Part shown: positions 10,270-17,470 of the stretch, piece by piece
How positions within the stretch are numbered: position 1 is the first letter of the stretch
Layout of the letters: the number at the start of each line of letters is the position of its first letter
Origin: an uncultured Chloroflexia bacterium
Lineage (GTDB): Bacteria; Chloroflexota; Limnocylindria; Limnocylindrales; CSP1-4
Length of the DNA: 64,000 bases
Direction: 5' to 3'
Assembly: GCA_963734995.1 (NCBI GenBank)
Contig: CAVTJD010000004.1
Span: forward strand, 23,910-87,909
The notes under the pieces: model-generated
The model's input: the letters and a program-made list of their open reading frames with translations, nothing else
Databases searched by the model: none
What the model was told of the DNA's origin: nothing
Position numbers and translations under genes: made by a program

Positions 10270-10956
10270 ATGTCGCATCGTTTCGCCATCGCCCTCGTCT
10301 CCGTCCTCGCCGCCGGGATGGTCGCGGCCTGCGCCGGCGCGCCCCCGGCGCCCTCGAGCGGAGCGCCCGCCCCAACCCCCGGCCTGACGCCGCCAGCCCC
10401 GGCTACGCCTGACGTCAGCGAAGCCACCAGCGCGGAGCCGACCGCGACACGTTCTCCCGATGGCCCCGACGCCGGCAACGTCGAGGAACGGCCCCTCGGC
10501 CCCGAGCTGTCGGTCGAATCGGTGAACGCGACGACCATCCGCGCCACGATCGAGGATCGAGATGCGAAGGCGTGGCGGATCGTTGTCTCGGGGAGCGGGG
10601 TGCTCGCCAACGATCGGCTCGAGGTCGTGGTCGAGACCGGGGACGTGGCACCGCTGATCACCGCCACCGAGGTTCGCGACGGGAAGGTCGTGAGCGTCAT
10701 CGACCTGTCCGAGTTCGGGGATCCGACGGCCGCCGCCGGTGGGTGCCACGCGACGCTCGGCGTCTGCATCGACTCCGACGGCTTCAGCTTGCCGAGCGAC
10801 GGAGACGGCACTCTCGTCGTCGAGCTGCACCGGCTGGACGGCGCATCGCTGCTGTCCGTCGCCGGCGGGACGGCGAGCTGGCCAGGCGAGCCGTTCATCC
10901 TGGGGCCCTGGACCGACACCGACGCCTTCCCCTGGGATCCCGGCGTCTCCTTCTAG
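10270..10956 (+). CDS. hypothetical secreted lipoprotein
   Basis: Signal peptide with lipobox MSHRFAIALVSVLAAGMVAACAG; no recognisable catalytic motifs. Confidence 0.5.
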   Translation: MSHRFAIALVSVLAAGMVAACAGAPPAPSSGAPAPTPGLTPPAPATPDVSEATSAEPTATRSPDGPDAGNVEERPLGPELSVESVNATTIRATIEDRDAKAWRIVVSGSGVLANDRLEVVVETGDVAPLITATEVRDGKVVSVIDLSEFGDPTAAAGGCHATLGVCIDSDGFSLPSDGDGTLVVELHRLDGASLLSVAGGTASWPGEPFILGPWTDTDAFPWDPGVSF

Positions 10957-11064
10957 GGGTCTTCGAGCGCCAGGGGTCTTCGAGCGCCGTCCTGGCATTG
11001 GTCGCCGCGGAGTCCCGGACAGTCGGATCGGTGGCCCGCCCGATCCGTGCCCCAGGCGCCCACC

Positions 11065-11751
11065 TCAGCCGGGTGCCGAACCGCTGAGATCGACCGTGGC
11101 GAGCCTGTCCGCCAGGCCATCGAGGAGCAGCTCCAGCCCCGGCTCGAACTCGGCGGCGAAGCTGTAGCCGGGCTGCATCACGACCTCGGCGGTCAGCCGG
11201 GCGAGGTACGGATAGGTGTCAGCGGCGGCGGACAGGATCTGCTCCGCGAGCTCGGCCGCGCCTGCCCCATCGTCGAACGGCAGGCTTGCCTCCTGGATCG
11301 CGAACCCGTATACGAACGCGTCCAGAAAGGCGATCGCGTGCTGGACCAGCGTGGGCGGAAACCCACCCGCATAGAGCACGCCCAGCGTCGCGTCATGGTG
11401 GCGGAGCGTCATCGGGCCGGCGTTGACTCGGCTTTCCAGCAGCGCCACGGCCCATGGGTGTCGTCGCAGCACCTCGCGCTGCGACGCACATCGACGCCGC
11501 ATCTCGCCTCGCCACTCGCCACCCACGACGGGTAGCGACATCTGGGCAAACACCGCGTCGACGATGCCGTCGAGGATCGCCTCCTTCCCGGGCACATGGT
11601 GGTACACGGACATCGGCTTGACGCCCAGCTCGGTCGCGAGCGACCGGATGGTCAGCGCGCCGATGCCATCGCGGTCGGCGATCGCGATCGAGCCCGCGAT
11701 CACCCGCTCAGGCGTCAGCGGGTTGCGCCCGTGTGCTGTGGTGGCAGCCAT
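11065..11751 (-). CDS. TetR/AcrR family transcriptional regulator
   Basis: TetR HTH IRSLATELGVKPMSVYHHVPGKEAIL; ATG at 11751 preceded by GGAGGAGGAG SD; divergent from oxidoreductase. Confidence 0.85.
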   Translation of the reverse strand: MAATTAHGRNPLTPERVIAGSIAIADRDGIGALTIRSLATELGVKPMSVYHHVPGKEAILDGIVDAVFAQMSLPVVGGEWRGEMRRRCASQREVLRRHPWAVALLESRVNAGPMTLRHHDATLGVLYAGGFPPTLVQHAIAFLDAFVYGFAIQEASLPFDDGAGAAELAEQILSAAADTYPYLARLTAEVVMQPGYSFAAEFEPGLELLLDGLADRLATVDLSGSAPG

Positions 11752-11825
11752 CGGCGTGATCTCCTCCTCCCCGAGCTGGGCGACGGTCCGTCGACCCCTT
11801 GACATCGGTCGCTCGCCATCGTACC

Positions 11826-11850
11826 GTACTTAGTACGTCGTACTTAGTAC
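11826..11850. promoter_or_regulatory. tandem palindromic operator GTACTTAGTAC-GTC-GTACTTAGTAC (candidate TetR binding sites) overlapping promoter of oxidoreductase gene
   Basis: Two identical 11-bp perfect palindromes 14 bp centre-to-centre, flanked by CGTACC/GGTACA, 8 bp after a TTGACA -35-like hexamer at about 11799. Confidence 0.55.
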
Positions 11851-11901
11851 GGTACACGCGGACAAGGATCCGGGGCGACGAAGAGATCGGGAGACACGGA
11901 C

Positions 11902-12924
11902 ATGACGACCCAGGCGGTGATCCAGCCCAGAGTGGCGACCTCGACCGGCACGATGCGGGCGATGTCACAGACGCGATACGGCTCGGCGGACGTCCTTCGC
12001 GAGACGGAGGTGGACGTGCCGGTTGCAGGTCCGGGCCAGGTGCTGGTGAAGGTGCGAGCTGCGGGCGTGGACCGTGGTACCTGGCATGTGATGACCGGCC
12101 GCCCGTACATCATGCGGCTGATGGGGTTCGGGCTTCGCGGACCGAAAGACCGGATCCCGGGGATCGATCTCGCCGGGACCGTGGTCTCGGTCGGCGACGA
12201 GGTGACGCGCTTCAGCCCCGGCGATGAGGTGTTCGGGTTCGGTCGCGGCTCCGCTGCCGAGCTCGCGGTCGCGCCTGAGGCGGAGCTGGCGCACAGGCCG
12301 GCGGCGCTGCGGCCCGAGGATGCCGCGGTGCTTCCCGTTTCGGCCGTGACCGCGCTGCAGGCTCTGCGCGATGCCGGCAGCTTGCGGCCCGGCCAGCGGG
12401 TGTTGGTGCTCGGTGCGTCCGGGGGCGTCGGCGGCTATGCCGTGCAGCTCGCCAAGGCGATGGGGGCCGACGTCACCGGCGTGGCCAGCGGTCCCAAGCT
12501 CGATCTCGTGCGCTCGCTCGGCGCCGACCACGCCCTCGATTACACGCATGAGGATCCGGTCGACGGGAGCGTCCGCTACGACCTGATCGTCGACACCGGC
12601 GGCCGGCGCCCGCTGCGTCACCTGCGCCGCGCGCTCACGACGCACGGGACGCTGGTGATCGTCGGTGGTGAGGGCGGCGACCGGCTGACGGGCGGCTTCG
12701 GCCGTCAGATCCGTGCCCTGATCTGGTCGGCGTTCATCCCGCAACGGCTCAAGGTGCTGATGAGCCGGCAGCATGCCGCTGATCTCGAGACCCTCGCCGA
12801 ACATGTCGGCGCCGGCACGCTTCGGCCGAGGATCGACCGGACGTACTCGCTGGGCGAGCTGCCCGCCGCGATCCGCCGTCTCGAGTCGGGTGAGGTTCGG
12901 GGCAAGGTCGCGATCGTGATCTGA
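11902..12924 (+). CDS. zinc-binding MDR superfamily NADPH:quinone oxidoreductase
   Basis: LVKVRAAGVDRGTWHVMTG and Rossmann motif VLVLGASGGVGGYAVQLAK. Confidence 0.85.
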   Translation: MTTQAVIQPRVATSTGTMRAMSQTRYGSADVLRETEVDVPVAGPGQVLVKVRAAGVDRGTWHVMTGRPYIMRLMGFGLRGPKDRIPGIDLAGTVVSVGDEVTRFSPGDEVFGFGRGSAAELAVAPEAELAHRPAALRPEDAAVLPVSAVTALQALRDAGSLRPGQRVLVLGASGGVGGYAVQLAKAMGADVTGVASGPKLDLVRSLGADHALDYTHEDPVDGSVRYDLIVDTGGRRPLRHLRRALTTHGTLVIVGGEGGDRLTGGFGRQIRALIWSAFIPQRLKVLMSRQHAADLETLAEHVGAGTLRPRIDRTYSLGELPAAIRRLESGEVRGKVAIVI

Positions 12925-12946
12925 CCACTCTCGCTCGGAAATCACG

Positions 12947-12972
12947 ACGCCCGTCGCGTACGCGACGGGCGT
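12947..12972. terminator. 26-nt perfect palindrome (bidirectional intrinsic terminator candidate) between oxidoreductase and tRNA-Tyr
   Basis: ACGCCCGTCGCGTACGCGACGGGCGT is its own reverse complement; followed by TTTCG. Confidence 0.5.
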
Positions 12973-12989
12973 TTCGAGCTCGCATTGTT

Positions 12990-13074
12990 TGGTGGGCCGG
13001 GGCAGAATCGAACTGCCACAGCCGAAGGCGAGGGTTTTACAGACCCTTGGGCTCACCACCTGCCCAACCGACCC
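12990..13074 (-). tRNA. tRNA-Tyr (anticodon GTA), long variable arm
   Basis: Reverse complement folds as GGGTCGG acceptor / D arm / anticodon loop CTGTAAA / long variable arm / GGCAG-TTCGATT-CTGCC T arm / CCA end. Confidence 0.85.
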
Positions 13075-13163
13075 ACGAGTGCGGCAGGGATGGTACCGCA
13101 CGTTGTATCGGGGCCGCGCGTCATCGCGGCGACCTCGATGTCGAGATGATCCCGGTGTCGGGA

Positions 13164-13239
<76 letters not shown>

Positions 13240-13366
13240 ACGGGAGCCGCACCCGGCATGCCGGGCTGACCGGGCCGGAAGTGTAGCACGCAGCCGGCCG
13301 GTGGACCGTCCCCCGAGCTCGGCCGACGGCCTCAATTCCGGCCTCCCGGACCAGCTGCCGGTCTCC

Positions 13367-13395
13367 CTTGACGAATAGAACATATGTTCTATTAT
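13367..13395 (+). promoter_or_regulatory. sigma-70-like promoter (TTGACG-17-TATTAT) with embedded LexA (Cheo-type) box TAGAACATATGTTCTA
   Basis: Perfect 16-bp palindrome AGAAC-N4-GTTCT matching Gram-positive LexA consensus CGAACRNRYGTTCG, sited between -35 and -10, immediately upstream of imuA'. Confidence 0.75.
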
Positions 13396-13405
13396 GGGAC
13401 GTCCG

Positions 13406-14635
13406 ATGGCCCGATCATCCGACGTATCCGAAGCGCTCTCGAGGCTCCAGGCACGCTGGGGACCGGCAGCCCTCCGACGGGGCGGAGAGATGGGTCTGGC
13501 GGTCGAAGGCGCCCTCGCTCGAGCACCGATGCCGGCCGAGTCCGCGGCGGACGAGGCGATGGTGCCGGCCACCATGCCGATCACGCCTGTGCGCGTCAGG
13601 CCCGGGCGTCGGACCGAGGAGCCCGATGGCCGGGTCATCTCGACCGGGTTCGCCGCGCTGGATGCCCTGCTCGGGCCGGGCGGGCTTCCGCGTTCGGCCA
13701 CCGTGGCGTTCCGTGGGGGTGCCTCGTCGGGCAAGACCACGGTGGCGTTGCGGGTGGTTGCCGAGGCGCAGGCAACCGGAGCGATCGTCGCCTGGCTGGA
13801 TCTCGCCCGTGCCTTCGATGCGGTGGAGGCGGTCTCCCGTGGCGTCCGCCTGGAGTGGCTCGTCGTGCTCACCCCGGTCGATCTCGAGGAGGGGCTGTCG
13901 CTGGCCGCGGCGTTGCTCGCTGCCCGGACGGTCGACCTGCTGGTCATGGATCTTCCGGATGGACGGGCCACGTCGCTCGCAGGGTCGCGAGTGGGCGATC
14001 GCCCGGCCCGGCTGGCGGCGCTGGCCAGGCGGGCCGGCGCGCTGCTCCTGCTGGTGGAGCCAAGCACCGTGGGTGCCGATCTCGGCGCTGCGCTCCGGGA
14101 GGCGAGCGGGCTGCGACTGGAGCTGACGCAGCTGGGCTGGATCCGGCTCGGCCGGGACGTGGTCGGACGGCGTAGCGCGGTGACGGTGGCCAGAGACAGG
14201 CACGGTCCACCGGGCCGTCGTGCCGAGCTCGAGATCCTGTACGCGGAGGGCGGCGACCGGGATGCGTGCCTGATGCGAGACGAGCTGCTCGATGGCCGGC
14301 CATCGGGCGTCCCGCCGGGGATCGCCGCCATCTCCCCACCGTTCTCCGACCTGAAAGGCCCCCCTCCATCGGCCGATACCCATGCGTCTGCTCCACCTGG
14401 TCTGGCCGCACCTCCCGCTCCGTCTCGCCCGATCCCGTCTCGAGTCCCAGGACGCCAACGGCACCTCCACCTCGTGGCCACCCGGCCCGGTCGTCCTCGG
14501 TGGGCAACCCTGGACGGAGGGGATGGTGGTCGACGCAGATCCGCTCGCCAGGGCGCTCGGTGTGCGTCGCGGGATCCCTCTCGGGGACGCCCACCGGCTC
14601 GCGCCCGAGGCGACCTTCCTCAACCTCGCGCCTGA
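13406..14635 (+). CDS. imuA: ImuA' (RecA-fold/SulA-like mutasome component)
   Basis: RecA-like P-loop region FRGGASSGKTTVALRVVAEAQATGAIVAWLDLARAFD; LexA-box promoter; followed by imuB. Start set at the second ATG (13406), which gives a near-leaderless transcript; the first ATG (13394) overlaps the -10 hexamer. Confidence 0.7.
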   Translation: MARSSDVSEALSRLQARWGPAALRRGGEMGLAVEGALARAPMPAESAADEAMVPATMPITPVRVRPGRRTEEPDGRVISTGFAALDALLGPGGLPRSATVAFRGGASSGKTTVALRVVAEAQATGAIVAWLDLARAFDAVEAVSRGVRLEWLVVLTPVDLEEGLSLAAALLAARTVDLLVMDLPDGRATSLAGSRVGDRPARLAALARRAGALLLLVEPSTVGADLGAALREASGLRLELTQLGWIRLGRDVVGRRSAVTVARDRHGPPGRRAELEILYAEGGDRDACLMRDELLDGRPSGVPPGIAAISPPFSDLKGPPPSADTHASAPPGLAAPPAPSRPIPSRVPGRQRHLHLVATRPGRPRWATLDGGDGGRRRSARQGARCASRDPSRGRPPARARGDLPQPRA

Positions 14636-15674
14636 CGCGGATCGGGACGCCGTCGAAGCCGCCTGCGAGCGGCTGGTTGCGTTCAGCCCGGGGATCGTCG
14701 GGACGAGTGATGTCAGCGACCCGAGCTACGGGCGGATCGGGGTTCAGATCGATGGGCTGACCCGCCTGTGGGGAGTCGAGGAGACGCTCGTTGCCAGGAT
14801 GGCCGAGGCGCTGGCACCGATCCTGCCCGGCCCACCCCGGGCGGGGATCGCCGGGACCGGCTTCGCCGCGAGCGTGGCCGCTGCCCATGCGCGCGAGGGG
14901 GACCGGCCGATCCTCGTACCACCCGGTGATGACGGTCGCTACCTCGCTCCGTTCCCGGCCCGTCTCCTGACCCGGGATCCAGACGTTCGGGCCAGGCTCG
15001 CCAGGTTCGGGCTGCGGACGATCGGCTCGGTGGCGGCCCTGCCTCGGTCCGCCCTGGTCGCGCGTTTCGGCGACGAAGGTGCCCGGCTGCATGCGCGTGC
15101 CACGGGCGAGGAGACCGAGCGGTTCCGGCCCCGTCGTGCCGCCGAGCGGATGGCGCTCGCCCTGCCCCTCGAGCCACCGGTAGCAGGCCTCGAGGCGGTG
15201 CGGTTCGTGCTTCGCCGGCTCGCGGCGACGCTTTCGGATCAGCTGCGAGCTCGAGGTCGGGCGGCGGCAATGGCCCGACTCGTCGTCACCTGTGACCTCG
15301 CTTTCGCGCGTGCCGGGACGCCGGCCGAGGTTCGCGTCGAGCATCGTCTCCCGGAGGCGACGGCGGATGCCGAGGCCATCGAGCGTCTGCTGTTTGCCAG
15401 GCTGGAGCGGACACCACCGCCGGCGCCGGTCACACGCCTGGAGCTGGAGCTCGGCATGGTCGAGCCGGCATCAGGGCAACAGCTGTCGCTGTTCACGCCA
15501 CAGGCGGCACGAGGCGCCCGGCTGGGCTGGCAGCTCGCCCGCCTGGCGATCGTATTCGGGGCTGACCGGGTGCATCGGGTGGAGCTGGCCGATCCCGAGG
15601 CCATCGTCACCGAGGCTCGTTGGCGCTGGGTGCCGGTCTCGGGTGCGGTGGCCGGGGAGGAAGACCAGGCATGA
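14382..15674 (+). CDS. imuB: ImuB (catalytically inactive Y-family polymerase-like mutasome scaffold)
   Basis: N-terminus MRLLHLVWPHLPL and VVDADPLARALGVRRGIPLGDAHRLAPEATFL match DinB/ImuB family; lacks obvious catalytic acidic triad context; downstream of imuA'. Confidence 0.75.
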   Translation: MRLLHLVWPHLPLRLARSRLESQDANGTSTSWPPGPVVLGGQPWTEGMVVDADPLARALGVRRGIPLGDAHRLAPEATFLNLAPDADRDAVEAACERLVAFSPGIVGTSDVSDPSYGRIGVQIDGLTRLWGVEETLVARMAEALAPILPGPPRAGIAGTGFAASVAAAHAREGDRPILVPPGDDGRYLAPFPARLLTRDPDVRARLARFGLRTIGSVAALPRSALVARFGDEGARLHARATGEETERFRPRRAAERMALALPLEPPVAGLEAVRFVLRRLAATLSDQLRARGRAAAMARLVVTCDLAFARAGTPAEVRVEHRLPEATADAEAIERLLFARLERTPPPAPVTRLELELGMVEPASGQQLSLFTPQAARGARLGWQLARLAIVFGADRVHRVELADPEAIVTEARWRWVPVSGAVAGEEDQA

Positions 15675-15919
15675 CGCGGTTCCTGCGTGAGCATCCGGCG
15701 ATCGAACCCGAGCTGGATGACCGTGGCCGGCTGATCGCGATCCGCTGGAATGGCCGCCGTGAGCCGGTCGAGGTGTGCAACCGCTGGCGGGTCGATGAGT
15801 CCTGGTGGCGGCAGCCGATCGCGCGCGACTACTTCAAGGTCGTGGGCCAGAGCTGGCTCGCGCTCGTGTATCTGGATCGGGTGGCCGGGACATGGCACCT
15901 GGAGCGGTTCTACGACTGA
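15671..15919 (+). CDS. small Trp-rich hypothetical protein translationally coupled to imuB
   Basis: ATGA overlap with imuB stop; 82 aa, 6 Trp (IRWNGRR, NRWRVDESWWRQ, GTWHLERFYD); no known motif recognised. Confidence 0.5.
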   Translation: MTRFLREHPAIEPELDDRGRLIAIRWNGRREPVEVCNRWRVDESWWRQPIARDYFKVVGQSWLALVYLDRVAGTWHLERFYD

Positions 15920-16074
15920 GCGGCGGCCGCGCACGGATCCGCTTGTCGGGCGAACCTCGCGGGGATCCGGCATGTCCAGCCGCGATCGATGGCGGCGACC
16001 GGTCGGATGTCTGGCGGCACCTGGCGCAGGCGACGCTCAGCCTTGGCTGAGCCGGAGCGAACCTCGATCACCCG

Positions 16075-16182
16075 TCAACGCGTGACAGGTTGGCCGAGCG
16101 CGATCGACGTGACGAGCAGGACCAGGAACAGGCCCACCAACAGGAACAGTGCGTCCAGGTCACGAGGCCGAGTCGTCTGCAT
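16075..16182 (-). CDS. small single-TM hydrophobic peptide (35 aa)
   Basis: MQTTRPRDLDALFLLVGLFLVLLVTSIALGQPVTR; paralogous to peptide at 16355..16453. Confidence 0.35.
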   Translation of the reverse strand: MQTTRPRDLDALFLLVGLFLVLLVTSIALGQPVTR

Positions 16183-16354
16183 CGCCGGTGCGTCCCCCAT
16201 CTCCATGACCGGTCCCGGCCGGTCGCCGGCAGCATAGACGTCCAAGCCGGATCCTGTGTTGCGCTCGCGTCAACATCCCGTTGCGTGGCCGCAGCGCCGT
16301 CACACCCGATGTCATCGGGGCAGGTTTCGCGGCGAAGCCGGCGCGAGGCGGACG

Positions 16355-16453
16355 TCAGCCCGGAAGAGCGGCCACCACGAGCAGGACGAGGAGCACGAGC
16401 AGGGCGGCGACCAGCAGGCCAGCCCCGATCACGTCGCGCCGCGTCAATTCCAT
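16355..16453 (-). CDS. small single-TM hydrophobic peptide (32 aa)
   Basis: MELTRRDVIGAGLLVAALLVLLVLLVVAALPG; shares M-x-(T)-TR-(P)RD-[LV] N-terminus and Leu/Val TM core with 16075..16182. Confidence 0.35.
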   Translation of the reverse strand: MELTRRDVIGAGLLVAALLVLLVLLVVAALPG

Positions 16454-16474
16454 CGTCTGAGATCTCCTTGGTCG

Positions 16475-17068
16475 CTAGCCGCCGGCTCCGGCGCAACCGG
16501 CACCGTACAGCACCGTGATCATCGTCGATTCGCCCATCGGGCGGAAGGTCAGCTGGATCCGGCATTCGGGAACATCGCTTTGCGTATCCAGCACCCGGCT
16601 GCCGTCCTCGAGCGGATCCGAGAGGTCGACCGAGCTGTATCCCGCCGCCTCGAGTGCATCCCGGTACCAGGCCGCGACATCATCCACCGATTGCGAGGTC
16701 AGCAACGCATCGCTGACCGGTTCGGCCGGCGGCTCGGCGGGCTCTGCGCCCGGAAGCCGTGGGAAGCTGTCGGGGACCGCATCGAGGATTGCGCCCCAGT
16801 CCGTCTGCGTGACGGGGATACGTGTGGCGGGTGGTCCAGGTGCCGTCGATACGCCCCCGGGCACGGCCGTCGGCTCGGGAGCCAAGCTGCGGGCGTCGGA
16901 CGGGGTCACCGATGGGCCTGCCGCGGTGGTCGGGATCGGCCGCGCCGTGGTGGCATCGGAGCCACAGGCGCCAACCGTGATCGCGAGTGCTGCCGCGAGC
17001 ACCACGACCGAGAGGGACCGGGGAGATCGCCAGCAGATCGATCGCAGAACTCGTGTCACGCTCGCCAT
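16475..17068 (-). CDS. hypothetical secreted lipoprotein (Pro/Thr/Ala-rich)
   Basis: Signal peptide + lipobox MASVTRVLRS...VVVLAAALAITVGACGS; C-terminal globular segment DWGAILDAVPDSF...YRDALEAAGY. Confidence 0.5.
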   Translation of the reverse strand: MASVTRVLRSICWRSPRSLSVVVLAAALAITVGACGSDATTARPIPTTAAGPSVTPSDARSLAPEPTAVPGGVSTAPGPPATRIPVTQTDWGAILDAVPDSFPRLPGAEPAEPPAEPVSDALLTSQSVDDVAAWYRDALEAAGYSSVDLSDPLEDGSRVLDTQSDVPECRIQLTFRPMGESTMITVLYGAGCAGAGG

Positions 17069-17215
17069 CGTAACCGGCGCCGGATGGAGCACGGTGAACG
17101 GCTCTCGTGTCCCCGGCCTGCCCAGGGTCCGGGAAAGGTCGACGGGCGCCATCGCAACGCCGTCGCCATCAGGTCCGCCCCGGCGACGTCCACGTCGGCC
17201 GGAACGGTGGTGTCG

Positions 17216-17353
17216 TCACACAGCGGCTTCGACCATCGCCGGCAGCAGGACCAGGACCAGGCCCATGACGAGCGCGATGGCGACCACCCGCAGCAGGAGA
17301 TCGACGAGGATGCGGCGCGAGGGTCGTCGGACCGGGTCGGCAATCACGCGCAT
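17216..17353 (-). CDS. small single-TM hydrophobic peptide (45 aa)
   Basis: MRVIADPVRRPSRRILVDLLLRVVAIALVMGLVLVLLPAMVEAAV; third member of the small-peptide set; divergent from dnaE2. Confidence 0.3.
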   Translation of the reverse strand: MRVIADPVRRPSRRILVDLLLRVVAIALVMGLVLVLLPAMVEAAV

Positions 17354-17424
17354 TCAGACGCATGGGCGACGGGTTTGGTTGCGTGCCGCGGCGGCGATTT
17401 CGACCAGTGGCCGGCGTTCCGAAT

Positions 17425-17438
17425 CGAACGGATGTTCT
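17425..17438 (+). promoter_or_regulatory. LexA (Cheo-type) box CGAACGGATGTTCT upstream of dnaE2
   Basis: Matches CGAACRNRYGTTYC exactly; lies between TTCCGA (-35-like) and TACACT (-10-like); same half-sites as imuA' box. Confidence 0.7.
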
Positions 17439-17470
17439 ACACTCGGTGTCACCGTTCGGAGAGACCGATC

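Noticed and set aside
17432-17434. ATG (MFYTRC...) as dnaE2 start
   Set aside because: This ATG lies inside the CGAACGGATGTTCT LexA box and between -35/-10 elements. GTG at 17471 with GGAGAG SD is more plausible.
16256-17470. In-frame N-terminal extension making DnaE2 an 1807-aa ORF
   Set aside because: The extension crosses a minus-strand lipoprotein gene, three micro-peptide genes and the LexA box. The PHP domain begins at YAELHCH, so the start is set at GTG 17471.
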